Assembly: GCA_000004985.1 (NCBI GenBank)
Contig: GG738861.1
Strand: one strand, 5' to 3'
Length of the DNA: 64,000 bases
Source of the DNA: Naegleria gruberi
Taxonomy: Eukaryota
Shown here: positions 1 through 11,851 of the stretch, piece by piece
How positions within the stretch are numbered: the stretch's first letter is position 1
How the letters are laid out: the number at the start of each line of letters is the position of its first letter
Position numbers and translations under genes: made by a program
Notes under the pieces: generated by a model
What the model was told of the DNA's origin: nothing
The model's database searches: none
What the model saw: only the letters and a program-made list of their open reading frames with translations

Positions 1-1938
1 TCATTTTAGAAAAGTGTGATGGCGAATCTCCAAATGCTTGTACCAGATGTAAGAAGAAGGGTATTCCATGTGGTATGTAGTTTGTGTGAAAATCATTTTA
101 AACTTATCATGTTAGTTTATTTACCACCTCAAAAGAGAGGTCCAAAGTCAAAGAAGAGAAAGGCAAATGATGGAGATGAGGAAGAATACACTGTAGAACA
201 ATTAACATGTGCTGCTGGATTGTGTGCCAACCAAAATCAACAAATCCAACAAATTCAACAACAACAAGCTCAACAACAATTTAATGCTCCTGTATATTTC
301 AATCAATCACCACCTCAACAAGCTCAACAAACTCAACAACAACAAATTGTACAACACCAAACTCAACAACCTCAAAAAATAGTTAGCTCTGTTGACTTGG
401 ACTCTTACATTACTGAAGCTATTTTCTCTTCCAATAAGAATACTAATCCATCTACTGCTCTTACCAATTTCTATTCACAACCGCAACAACCTAGTCCACT
501 TACAGGTCTCCAATTTGCAGTCAATGTTCATACAAGAACACTCGTCGATCAATTCTTAGAGTAAGTAGTATTTTCATGCATTCATGCATTAAACATTTCT
601 AGTTCTGTGACATGCCACTCCCTTGTAGATAGAAACATGTTGGATAATGCCCTCAATAAGGCTGTTATTTTTTCATCTGAACCAACTGGTTACCAACTCT
701 TAACAAATATTGTATGTGCAATGGGCGCTCAAAGATTAGAGGACAGAAAGAACTGTATTGAATTTTTCAATAGAGCAAGAAATCAAGCTAGTTACTTGTT
801 TGATAAGCCATCTAGGGAAGCTTCATGTGCTTTGAGTTTGATGGGTATTTATGCTTGTTCAGAAGGTGAAAGAATCAAAGGTCACATGTACAACAGAATT
901 GCTTTGGACATGTCTACGGACTTGTGTTCTTACCAAATTGAAACCGACAAGTATTACCAAACTCTTTCTGCTCTCTCATTGGCAACAACGTTCTCTAAAT
1001 GGTTGTTCGAGTTGAACATTCTCAAAGTTGAAGAAAATTCATTTGATTGCCTTCTTAAGAATGCCAATAATCCAAACCATCCTCAAATTCCATCCATTCG
1101 TGAACTTGTTAAAAATGTTAAAAACTATATTGGTTCTTCGAAGTGTATGCGCGAGATTGAAGAAATAGAAACCAAAATTGCCGATATGAGTCTTGTTAAG
1201 GGAAGTGAAGAAGTCTCTTTCACAGCCATTTTGGTTTACTACTTGTTGGTCTCAAGACTTGCCATGTTGACAAATAACCAAATCGAATATATCAAGATTT
1301 TGAGAAAATTAGAAACTATTGAAAAGTATATTGAATCAGAAAAGTTTAACAGAGATGATCTCCAAAAGAATGTGCACAGATTCTGTCTCTATTCTCTTAG
1401 ATCGGATATTTTGGTGAGATGTGGACTAGATAAGATGGGTTTACACTGTGCTACCAAGGCAACTGGTTTAGCAGCTAAGCCAACTTTCTGGAAGTCAGCA
1501 CCAGCTATTATTCTCTTCTTCCCTATCCTTATCAACATTAACCTTAGTGTTAATGATAGTAGTATGTCTATTGAAAATTACAAATCACTCAAGGTTATCA
1601 GCTCTAAATTTGTAGTTTTAAAATATACCCTATTTGATATGATTAATATCATGAATAAGAGATCAGAGTTTGCTGATCTCTTAGAGAGTGAAAGACAACA
1701 CGTTCCACAAGGTATTACAAATTCAAGTGGATATCTTCCATTCACTAATGATGTTCCTCAATGTGAATCATGTCCTCCACAGGATTGGAATACTAATATC
1801 TTTGACCAAAACAATAACAACGAGTCATGTTTCCCTAACTCTGATCTTACAGAATTATTGCAACAACTAGGAACTGTGAGCGATCATGAATCCTATCAGA
1901 ACAAGTTAGAATCGATATGGCAAACAATTGGTCAATAA
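1..1938 (+). CDS. Zn(II)2Cys6 (Gal4-type) binuclear-cluster transcription factor, 5' end cut by window edge. Exons 3..72, 116..560, 603..1938
   Basis: Frame-3 translation of 3..72 gives ILEKCDGESPNACTRCKKKGIPC (C-x7-C-x2-C-x6-C, the distal half of a Zn2Cys6 cluster). GTATGT donor at 73 and AG at 114-115 restore the frame into ORF 16..564 (basic PPQKRGPKSKKRK linker, then a Q-rich tract). GTAAGT at 561 and AG at 601-602 join in phase to ORF 607..1938. Domain identity is from memory, not a search. Confidence 0.55.
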
Positions 1939-2140
1939 TAAATATATTGTAAATATTCAAAATTATTAAACATAAGAGCTTTTCAGTTTTAATAGAAATA
2001 TCTGACTGTTCCAATTATTTCTAAATTTGTTATTGTAATATTTTGTAAATAATTTTCTGAATTTTCTCCCTTATCCATTAGTGGCAATTCATCTGTTTGG
2101 AATTATTACTCGTGTAAACCCTCCAATAATATCTTGAAAA

Positions 2141-4277
2141 CTATTTAAAATTCTTCCAAAATCTGTCTCCATAAGAGAAGAGTAATTCTGAATGAATATC
2201 AATATCTTTCAATGCATAAATCCCAATCCTGTAATCATGTGAATTGGTGTCATACACAATTTTGGGGATGCAATTATTGGTTTTTGAAGTTCTAACCTTT
2301 CCTTGTGCATCATTGAGGAATCTTGATTCATTTCCTTTTCTAAACGCGTCCACACTCATATTTTCATTCAGTTCGAACAAATAACTCGATTCATACATGT
2401 CATAGATTACTGATCTTCTATTCTCTTCCAATATGGATACAATCTCACCAACATACTCCACTATCAGCTCGTCCTTTTTAATAGGCTCCAGAGAGAATAA
2501 ACCTAAACCATGCAGCTGACTGAATCCTACTGCACACCGTTTCATAAAGTGTTTAGAAAAACTATTCTGGCAACTATTCTTACAGTCACAATATCCAAAA
2601 CACGATCTCTGATACTTTTTACATGTACACTTAGCCCCTGCACAGTTGTGATTTTTGAATCTATTCTTTTCTGTAAAGCAATTACACAACTCTGTACAAA
2701 AGGTTCCATTCTTTACACAATTACATTCTGAAACGTTCATTATTGCACACTGACACGGGTTATAGAGCATTGGTTTGTGAAGATTGGGAAAGATAACCTT
2801 CTCAGGGTTGATTTTCTTAACAATTTGAGTTTCTAACATATCCAACTCTTCGGGCGTTAAGAATGATTTTGCCACACCTCTCATAATGGCCAACTCTTCT
2901 ACCTTGTTCTTGGGTGGAGATTTCCTTCTTGCCATTCTAATTTTGAAATTAAAGAACCAATCACAGATGAATTTCTTAATTTCTCTGCATGGACGAATGT
3001 GATGTTCTGCCATCTGACAAAAGACATCTCTATTGGAACACTTTGAATTGTTCATATTTTCCAAAAATCGTTCTCCATAGATAAAAACAGTATTAAGGGC
3101 AATTTCCTTATCATATTTCGTCCAATGGTCGTATGAATCTGATATTGATTCATCCTCAACACAATGCAGATAGCACTCTGATGAGCATGGTTTAAGAGAG
3201 TATTTTTTGTTGACAAGCAATGAGTTTTGAGTTTTGAATAGCTTTTCTAAAATAGAGCCAATAGATAATTCATTATTATATTCAGGGGTGGCTCTAGCAT
3301 CTTCTGGATCTCTAATGCATGTATCATACTCCACTCTGTGAATAGCACAATCAAATTTCATGCACTTGTAACAAAATAGCTTGGCTGTAATACTCCATAT
3401 CGATTCTAGTGATCCATTCCTATAAAATTCCCACAATAAATAATAATAATAATATGATGGATAAACTCTCAATAATTCACGTGTTAACCTACTTTGATTG
3501 AGATTTTTGCTCATTTTCCCTCTTGAAAATTGAATAGCTCGATAATTGTTCCTGGAACAGTTCCATAATTTTCAGTCTAAACTTTTTCCTATCATATTGT
3601 AAGTGTTCCTCTGCCATGACAAATAGTTCTTGATTCTCATTTTCATACTCCCTCATAAAATCCTCAGCCAGTAATTTTAACACTTCATCATTTTCACCAT
3701 ATTTTTCACTAATTCTTTCTACCATTGTTCGGTAAATAGTTTCGGCCCACAAATCCAAATAATATTTCATAAACTTGGAATATCCACTCTTTTTTGCAGA
3801 ATTATTTCCATTTTCTATAAAACTCAAATCATCAAAGTATTTCGAATATGATTGATAATCCACACAAAAATCATCATCCTTATATGGAATAAAGTCAACT
3901 GAAGCCTGTTCCTTTGCCATCTTATTCTTACACAAATATTCATAGTAGGTGTATTGTAATTGAAACATGCTATCAGGATACTCAGTTACTGATTTGTTTC
4001 TTCCTCTAGTTTTTGTTTTTAAAGTGATGGAAACTTGTTCCATTCCCTCTTTCTGTTCTTTCAATTGTTGAGAGTGCATATTTAGACTCTTTTGGAAAAT
4101 GGCCAAGTCTTTCATTCTGTGTTCCGTTTTGAATACATCGATATCCTCCTCTACTTGTTCCGAATCAATTTTGTGATGAGTTCTCTCTCGTTTACCTGAT
4201 GACGATGATATCTGGTTGTGGTGATGATTTTCCTGATGATGCATGCCGTCATAGTGATGGTGTGGAAGTAGATGCAT
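2141..4277 (-). CDS. EZH/E(z)-like CXC + SET domain protein (PRC2 catalytic-subunit-like). Exons 4277..3493 and 3419..2141, about 687 aa
   Basis: C-terminal half has a Cys-rich CXC run (CQCAIMNVSECNCVKNGTFCTELCNCF...CAGAKCTCKKYQRSCFGYCDCKNSC) followed by a SET core (GLGLFSLEPIKKDELIVEYVGEI...GNESRFLN...HDYRIGIYALKDIDIHSELLFSYGDRFW), colinear with animal EZH2 as I recall it. Overlapping ORFs 3489..4277 and 2141..3514 join via GTAGGT donor at 3492 and TATAG acceptor at 3421-3420 (73-nt intron, phase 2). His-rich N-terminus. Start codon choice is uncertain. Confidence 0.55.
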
Positions 4278-4366
4278 TTTTTTGAATGATATTTAAAATG
4301 TTATTTATTACTACATAATTTTGTAACAATAGCATACTGATTGTTAACTATAAAGTATCTATTGAA

Positions 4367-6921
4367 TTATTGAGAATTTCCAATTAATTGATCAATGATA
4401 AAGGCATATCTGAAAGCAATTTCCTTATAACGACTGTATCTTCCTGAGCTACCTCCGTGACCTTGATCCATATTTGTCTTCATTAAAATCAAGTTGGTTT
4501 TTTGATTATTCTTCTTTGTAGCAAAGAAATGACGCATACTAGCAACATATTTAGCACCTTCCCAGTAATTAACTCTGGTATCATTGAAAGCGTGGTCAAT
4601 TAAAATGGCTGGATATTGTTTATCTACATTCTCATCTCTATCAATATTGTCGTATGGTGAATAAGAGTACATATAGTCAAAATAGGTCTTATCTTTTGGA
4701 TTACCCCACTCATCAAACTCAGTAACTGTGAGTGGAAGTGTCTCGTCCAACATGGTATTGATAACATCAACGAAAGGTACTTGCAAAATGGCAGCCTTAA
4801 ATAAATCAGGTCTTTCGTTTACAACAGCACCAATTAAAAGTCCACCTAATTATTATTATTTAAAAATTATCTCAATAAGAAATTATGATAAAAACTAACC
4901 TGCAGAACCTCCATAAATACACATACGATCCTTGTTAGTGTAGCCACTTTCAATCAAATGGGAAGCACTATCGATAAAATCAAAGAAAGTATTCTTCTTA
5001 TTCAATAATTTACCATCCTTATACCTAATATGGAAATAATAAAATAAATTAAAATAAAAAATAAAATAAAAATAATTACCATTTTCTTCCATTTTCAGCA
5101 CCTCCTCTAATAGCTGGAATAGCATAAATCATTCCTCTGTCGAGGAGACTGATAACAGAATAGGAGAAGTAAGCGTCCATACAACTATTTCCAATAGAGT
5201 TGAAATTGTGATAACATTAATAAAAATATGATTACAAATGACATACCTTCCATAAGAACCATATGCATAGAGTAAGAGAGGATTGGTTCCATCCAAAACG
5301 ATTGATTCATCTCCTGCCTTCTTCTTGTAGACTAAGCTGATTGGGATTTCAGTTTTACCATCTCTTGACTTGGCCACGATCTTTTCTTGTTTGTATTGAT
5401 TTTTATCAAATCCACCAAGAACTTCATCTTGCTTCAAAACAATGAACTCATTATTTTCCATGTCATAGTCATAAACTGTTGGCGGAGTTAAGAAGGAGGA
5501 ATATTCAATTCTGACCAATGAGGTTTCATATTCTCTGTTGTGGCTGACACTCAAATCATAACTTGGCTCTGGGAATACAACTTCCTATTTGTTGAATGAA
5601 TTCGAATGAGAACGCGAATCGAAAAGAAACATACCTTTGGTGGAGACTGTTTAGAAGGATCTAAAATAACCAACTTTGGAACACCATCTGCTCTACCAAA
5701 CAAGGCAATCTTGCTGGAGAATGAAATGAGATATTCACAATAGAATTTTTCATTGTATGGAACGAAATCCTCAGCACTGTCAAAGTCTGGATTTGAAATA
5801 GGAGTTCTGACAACTTTGAAATTTACATTTTCACCTTCATTGTGAATAATATAAAAGTAATCACCTTGATGTGAGACTGAAAATTCAACACCCTCTCTTC
5901 TAGGTCTATTACCAAATAATTTGAAAGTTCCAGTCTTTAAATCCTCACTCTTCAAATAGTGATACTCTGATGTAATATTTGAAGAAGATTCAATGAATAA
6001 ATATTGACCTGAAAGACTCTTTCTCACAGACACAAAATACTTTTCATCTTCATCAGTGAAGAGAAGTTCACAATTATCAACGAGAATTTCCTCACATTGT
6101 GATCTCTCATCTACAAGAGTATCAATATCAATATTAGCTCTATAAACCCTGTATGGTCTGTGTGTATGATCATAAGTTGTAAAGACAATGGTTTTAGAAT
6201 CAGAGCTGAATTCCAAAGAACGCCCACTTTTTTGAGATCTATCAATCTTATTTTTCAATAATTTTCCACATCTCAAATCCTTAATATACAAGTCATAATA
6301 TTCAGATCCATCGACATCAATAGAGTACGCTAAAAATTGTTCACATGGAGAAACCTTGAAAATGCCAATTGTCAAAAATGGGACTTTCAATTCCTCAACA
6401 AGTTGATTTTGATCTAACAAAATTTCTTCCTCTCCTCCAGCTGCTGGTTTTCTACAATAAATTGAGTATTGTTTTCCATCTTCAGTTTTGGAATAGTACA
6501 TGTAATTCTTATAACGATATGGAACACTTTCATCAGTTTGCTTAATTCTATTCTTAATTTCATTAAACAATACATCTTGAAGATTTTCAGTGTGATTCAT
6601 CTTTTGAGTGCAAAATTCATTCTCTGATTCCAAAAACTCTTTCACTTTCGGATTTGTTTTTTCTCTCAACCAAAAGTATGGATCATGCAATTCCAAACCA
6701 TGAATTGAAGTAGTACGATCAATTCTCTCAGCAATAACACTAGGATTCATCTTTTCTTTTTTTATGGTGGTGAAGTGATACAATTTGTTTGATCCCGTAT
6801 TAATTATCGTGTTGTTGTTCTTGTTGCTGGTCAATGATGATCTCCCTAACAAGGCAATGCAAAATTTTTTTCTTGTTATTTTAAGAATGGATTTGCGTGT
6901 TGTTGGGCAAATTGCTTTCAT
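4367..6921 (-). CDS. Oligopeptidase B-like prolyl-oligopeptidase-family serine peptidase (S9A). Exons 6921..5635, 5584..5247, 5184..5080, 5024..4900, 4845..4367
   Basis: N-terminal beta-propeller region (HDPYFWLREK...), then catalytic domain with LLDRGMIYAIPAIRGGAENGRKW, YKDGKLLNKKNTF, nucleophile motif MCIYGGSAGGLLIG and C-terminal WGNP...HAFNDTRVNYWEGAKYVA...DQGHGG. Four introns (50, 62, 55, 54 nt) all start GTATGT, GTAATT or GTTAGT and end AG, and phase arithmetic closes exactly (2334 nt = 778 codons). A more likely start is Met at 6750 (MNPSVIAER...). The 57 codons upstream could be a targeting extension. Confidence 0.75.
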
Positions 6922-7118
6922 TTTTTCATTCCTTTATTCAAATCCATAGATGGTCATCTATGAAGAATATCATGATGGAAAAGATGATGGAGGTGGAAAG
7001 ATCGAGACACACTTATTGTCATCCAAGTCTAGATCTTCGTGGGTTTCATTATTATTTTTCATAATCATCATCAAGAAGATTTTATTGTGTCTCGGAGGAA
7101 GATTATCAACATCAAAAA

Positions 7119-8267
7119 ATGAAGAAACTCTTCTCGAGCATTATCAAACCACCATGTACTGTGGATATTGAGTTGGATCCTTCGGAGAAGTTTAAAAACG
7201 CCATCATTGAAATGAATAATCCAAAAGATAGATTTGGATTGGAAGGTGTTGAACAAAAGCTTATGGTTTTTGATAGAGACGATCCTATTCAAGGAAAGGT
7301 TAAAGTTACTGTAGATAAGCCTTTTGATCACTTGGGAATTACTATTGAATTAATTGGAGAAATTGGTATGTTTTTAAACTTGTTTGATGGAATTTAATTA
7401 TTTGATGAAATTTATTATAATTATTATAATAATATTAAAATGTGAATTATAATCTTATTATCAATGATGCTGATAACGCCATCAAACAACTCTAACACTT
7501 GATTGTAAATAGTTTCATTTGTTGAAGGAAAGAATGTAACTACTTTCCTTTCAATTTCAAAGGAGCTTGCTCCAGCAACAGCACCAAACATGAACTTGTC
7601 CCGAGATGCCGAATATGAATTTTGCTTTAAGAGTGTGGACAAGGAATGGGACAGTTATCGTGGAATTAATGTTGATGTGAGATATTTCTTGAGAGTAACA
7701 GTTAATAGATCCATGAAAGTTATCAATACAATTGTGAAGGAACTCGAATTCTGGGTTCAAAAGATTGTGGAAAAACCAAGTAATGAAGATCCAGGTATTG
7801 GAATGGAAGTTGGTTTGGAAGGTATTGTCCTGTTAAGTATCAAATATCATAGTGTTTATCATGATCTTAAGAATGGGTGTATTTTGGGAGAATTACAATT
7901 CTTCTTGGTCAATGTTAAAATTGACAAGGCAGAAGTTAGTATCATCAGAAAGGAAACACTAATTGGTACACCAAGCTTGCAAGGAACAACACCACAAACT
8001 ACCACAAATAACGGATTAGTTGAAGGGCATTCGGAACAAGAAGTTCTTCACAAATTTGAAATTATTGATGGCACTCCAGCTAAAGATGAAAAGGTTCCAG
8101 TCAGACTTTTCCTTAAAGCTGTTGATCCATGGAAGATGACAAGTACATGTGAAAATGTCAACAACAAATTCAATGTTAAATATTTCATTCACTTGGCATT
8201 GTGTGACACCAAGGGAAGAAGATTCTTCAAACAACGAGAAATTGTACTCTATCGTAGTGGTATTTAA
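7119..8267 (+). CDS. VPS26: VPS26 retromer subunit. Exons 7119..7365 and 7513..8267, 333 aa
   Basis: Colinear over its whole length with VPS26 as I recall it. The 147-nt phase-1 intron (GTATGT at 7366, AATAG acceptor ending 7512) contains the in-frame TAA that splits the ORF track. The spliced junction GEI|VSFVEGKNVTTFLSISKELA aligns without gaps, 23 for 23 residues, to human GQIELFNDKSNTHEFVNLVKELA. Confidence 0.8.
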
Positions 8268-8272
8268 TAAAT

Positions 8273-9155
8273 TTATTTCCAACTTAATCCTGAAATACCA
8301 TGTAGTTGAGTGTGTAAAGATTTGGTATTAGCCCATCCACTATTTACATAGTTCAAATCTTCATCTTCAGCTAACTTTTTGTGTTCTTCTTGCTTTTTGT
8401 AATAGTAGGCCATCAATCGTTTTTGGTCAGCTTCAGAGACTGGTTCTTCTCTTGGAGGAGCTCCAGCCCCCTTTCTTCCAATTTTTGCAATAATTTGAGT
8501 CTTGTCATTCCTGCCAATTGATTTAGTATCCATAAGTTTCTTATCTCTTGGTAACTCCTTTCCACAAAACCAAAGTGTGCAAGTTTCTGGATCATACATT
8601 TCCTTCTAATGATTTTCAGTATTTCAGTAAATAAAAATCAATTAAAACCATTCAATAATTTAAACTTACAACTCTGAATTCATCACTGAAAATAAATGTA
8701 AGAGGATCGGATTGAGGGAGACCCATTGGATAGGCCATTGTCACAACACCCTTCACGTTCATTATACAATCAGTTAATTCCTTTTCAGTGGTTGAATCCT
8801 TTTTATCAGCTCTCTCATGTGAAAGAACTCTATTGCATTCCTCAATTACATTATTTACAGTTGTCAACAAGTTTTGATCAGTGATTTTAACTCCGAATGA
8901 TGGTTCATCCTTTTTCTTTGTGTTTTCATCTTCATCCAAAGATAACTCCTCAATTTTTGGAGTGTCTTCCTCTTCTTGTGGTAAAATTGGACCCTTATCC
9001 TTCAATCTAATCAGTTCGGAAACCAAATTCTTCAGTTTCACTCTCAAATTATTCAATTTTGCCAAATCCCTTATAATTGTGTCCAATTCAATATCATAGT
9101 GAGCTTCATGCATAAACATGTCCTTCTCGGAATGCTTGACTTTAATGTATACCAT
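8273..9155 (-). CDS. CFAP298: CFAP298 (C21orf59/Kurly) cilium-motility protein. Exons 9155..8670 and 8605..8273, 272 aa
   Basis: N-terminal MVYIKVKHSEKDMFMHEA...GVVTMAYPMGLPQSDP and C-terminal DKTQIIAKIGRKGAGAPPREEP...LMAYYYKKQEEHKKLAEDEDLNYVNSGWAN match remembered CFAP298 blocks (TKIIAKIQQRGQGAPAREP, LMLYYHRRQEELKRLEE). GTAAGT donor at 8669, CATTAG acceptor ending 8606, 64-nt phase-0 intron. Confidence 0.75.
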
Positions 9156-9256
9156 CCTCTATTTCTCAAGTTGTGCTATTTTTTATTGTTATCTTAATTA
9201 TCAACAACATACAACACTTTCCGAAAACCAACATTCATACAACGTTCCGTAGCAAA

Positions 9257-9270
9257 AATTGGCGCCATTT
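9257..9270. promoter_or_regulatory. E2F-like GGCGCC element (AATTGGCGCCATTT), 106 nt upstream of the CFAP298 ATG
   Basis: One of only six GGCGCC hexamers in the window. Intergenic, flanked by A/T runs. Confidence 0.4.
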
Positions 9271-9357
9271 TTCAATTTTGTAATGGTCCTCATTCATATT
9301 ATCCCATTTAAAACATATTAGAAATTGAGAAGCTATTATCATTGGAAAAGAATTGAT

Positions 9358-10470
9358 TTATTGTTGTGGATTAGTACGCCAAATAACATCAACTTCATCT
9401 GTTCTATATCTTTGAGTCACAGAACATTCTTTCAATGGATACAATTCGTATAAAAGTTTGGTATTTTCCAAAACAGCTTGAGCTCCACCATGTTCCTTAG
9501 CAATGGCATTGAAATGTAAAATACCTGCATAGGCAATCATGCAACCATTATCAATACAATATCTATCATCCATGGCATGAAGTATACCTCCAGTTCTTTC
9601 AGAAACCATTTGTTGCATCATTTGTTGTAAACGTTCATTACAACCAACTCCACCAACGATTAAGACATCATTTGAGTTACAGTGAGCCATGGCTCTTTCT
9701 GTAATTTCAACAAGCATGGCAAATATTGTTTCTTGAAGTGAAAAACACAAATCTTCAGCTGTACATTCACCCTTCTTTAACATTTCCAAACCAAATTTTT
9801 CCAGCCATGATAAAATTCCTGAAAAACTAACATCCATTCCCTTTACAACATATGGCAGTTCAATATATTTCAAATCTGATCCATCTTCATTCTTTTTACG
9901 AGCCAGTTGTTCAATATTATATCCTGGACTTGGATCATTTGATAAATTTATCAGACGAGCAAATCTATCCAAACAATTACCAACAGCAATATCAATAGTT
10001 TCTCCAAAAATTCTATATTTTCCCATACTATAAGCAATAACTTGAGTATTACCTCCACTAACATATAATACTATTGGATTATCAGCTTTACAAACAACTC
10101 TTCCCATTTCAATATGTCCAATACAGTGATTGACAGGAATGAGAGGCTTTTTCCAGAGTTGAGCCAAAGTTCTTGCTACTACAGCTACAACATGTAGACA
10201 AGCACCCATTCCAGGTCCTTTAGTATAACATAAACAATCAACATCATCCTTTGTTATGTTAGCTTCCTTCAAGGCATTTTCAACCATGGAGAGAATGTGT
10301 TCCTTGTGATGGATTGCTGTTTCTCTCGGTAAAAATCCTGTTCCTGGTGGTGTGATGTAGGTATGTCTCAGATTACTTAAAATCTCACCATCCAATGTTA
10401 CCACTCCGATAGCTAATTTATTGGCACTTCCTTCAAATCCGAGAGCAATGATTCGTTTATTGTCAGACAT
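9358..10470 (-). CDS. OSGEP: tRNA N6-adenosine threonylcarbamoyltransferase Kae1/OSGEP, single exon, 370 aa
   Basis: Near-colinear with human OSGEP throughout: [81 protein letters not shown], and C-terminal [11 protein letters not shown]. Confidence 0.88.
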   Translation of the reverse strand: MSDNKRIIALGFEGSANKLAIGVVTLDGEILSNLRHTYITPPGTGFLPRETAIHHKEHILSMVENALKEANITKDDVDCLCYTKGPGMGACLHVVAVVARTLAQLWKKPLIPVNHCIGHIEMGRVVCKADNPIVLYVSGGNTQVIAYSMGKYRIFGETIDIAVGNCLDRFARLINLSNDPSPGYNIEQLARKKNEDGSDLKYIELPYVVKGMDVSFSGILSWLEKFGLEMLKKGECTAEDLCFSLQETIFAMLVEITERAMAHCNSNDVLIVGGVGCNERLQQMMQQMVSERTGGILHAMDDRYCIDNGCMIAYAGILHFNAIAKEHGGAQAVLENTKLLYELYPLKECSVTQRYRTDEVDVIWRTNPQQ

Positions 10471-10586
10471 TTTTTAATAATATTTTAATTTAAAATAATT
10501 ATTGGATGATTTTAAAAATAGAGTTCTTAGATGTTTCAGAGCAGTGAGGTTTATTGATCTATTTCTTTAGATTATGAATTAAGAAA

Positions 10587-11747
10587 TTAATTCTTGTTAG
10601 TTGTTGGAAGAACAGGATTGCTTTCCAAGCTCATCTTGTATTTAACATAACTGTACCAAGCAACACCAACAAGTGTCAAAAAGACACCAAGCAAGTTCTT
10701 GGCTGAGATGGCAGATGTGAACAAAATAATACCACCAACAAAGACCAAGACTGTCTTGAAATAACCAACAACGTTGACAGAGAGTGGAGAAGTCTTACCA
10801 GCAACAAGGAAGAAACTGAAATTAACAAAGAAAGCAGTGATACAACTAGAAATAATCCAAAAAAGATTATTTCCATTTCCCCAATCATATTCAGAAATAA
10901 CTTCAGTATCATCAAAGAATGGAATTGTAAAGGCCAACATTACAGCACTAGTAATACTTTGATAGAGTAAAACTTGGAGAGAGTTTGCCTTCAATTCCTT
11001 TTGCTTTTCAGTACCATAAATTGTGTACAAGGAATTAGAGACGACAGCAAGAATTGCCATGAATGTTCCGTAGTAATTCATTTCCATATCTGTGAAAACT
11101 GTGATAAAAGTACCTAAACAAACAGGAATGAGAGTGTACAAAATTCTCTTATCTTGTGATTTTCTATAGAAGAAATATTCAATGGCAATAATTGTAGGAG
11201 TACACATAATTTTCATAACCTTTGGTTTTGCAATAATTTAGTTGCACATAATAAATCCGAATCATATCATCATTAATTATTATTATTTAAATATTATCAA
11301 AGTTCAAATCATCATATCACCACAATAATAATAATAATTATTTAATTCTATCACTCCACAACACAAAATTGTAAAACAAACCTGATAGAAGGAGACACTA
11401 TTATAGGCCAAACTAATATTATTGAAAACAACATAACCACAGAAAGCCAAACTGATTGGTAAAATCTTAATAATTGGAAGTCTCTTTGGTTGGAAAATAC
11501 CCAACATGGCTGCAACTGCAGTGAATCCGAAGCAAAATACAAAGTGGAACACTGTGAGAGTTGTTCCCAAACCAACAAAGCCTAGATTTTGGAACAAGTG
11601 CTTGTTGATAAAGATCGTACCAACAGATGCGGCAATATTAAGAGAGATCGATCCAATCACACTGGTCATTGTTGGTTCAGATGGTGAATCCACAGTTGCA
11701 TCACTCTGAACTGAATGTTTTTCCTCTGACGGATTGTTTCTGTTCAT
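10587..11747 (-). CDS. SLC35/TPT-family (drug/metabolite transporter superfamily) nucleotide-sugar-type transporter. Exons 11747..11382 and 11219..10587, about 332 aa
   Basis: Multi-span hydrophobic protein with FINKHLF, a hydrophobic SVSFYQ|VMKIMCTPTIIAIEYF junction and C-terminal KTSPLSVNVVGYFK typical of the TPT/SLC35E group as I recall it. GTTTGT donor at 11381, CCAAAG acceptor ending 11220, 162-nt phase-0 intron. Confidence 0.55.
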
Positions 11748-11851
11748 TTTTTAATTTAATAAAGTTTCATCCAAACTTCAGTGCTTTGGATGACAACAAG
11801 GTACAGTATTTGATAGTTGTGGATGACAATATTTAATAGATTTGAGTTTAT

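Noticed and set aside
7366-7397. Read-through of the VPS26 exon 1 into GMFLNLFDGI, which superficially resembles the conserved ELFNDKS segment
   Set aside because: The read-through hits TAA at 7395 and there is no AG acceptor or later usable donor that avoids it. The exon-skip model (donor 7366, acceptor 7512) gives a gap-free 23-residue match instead.
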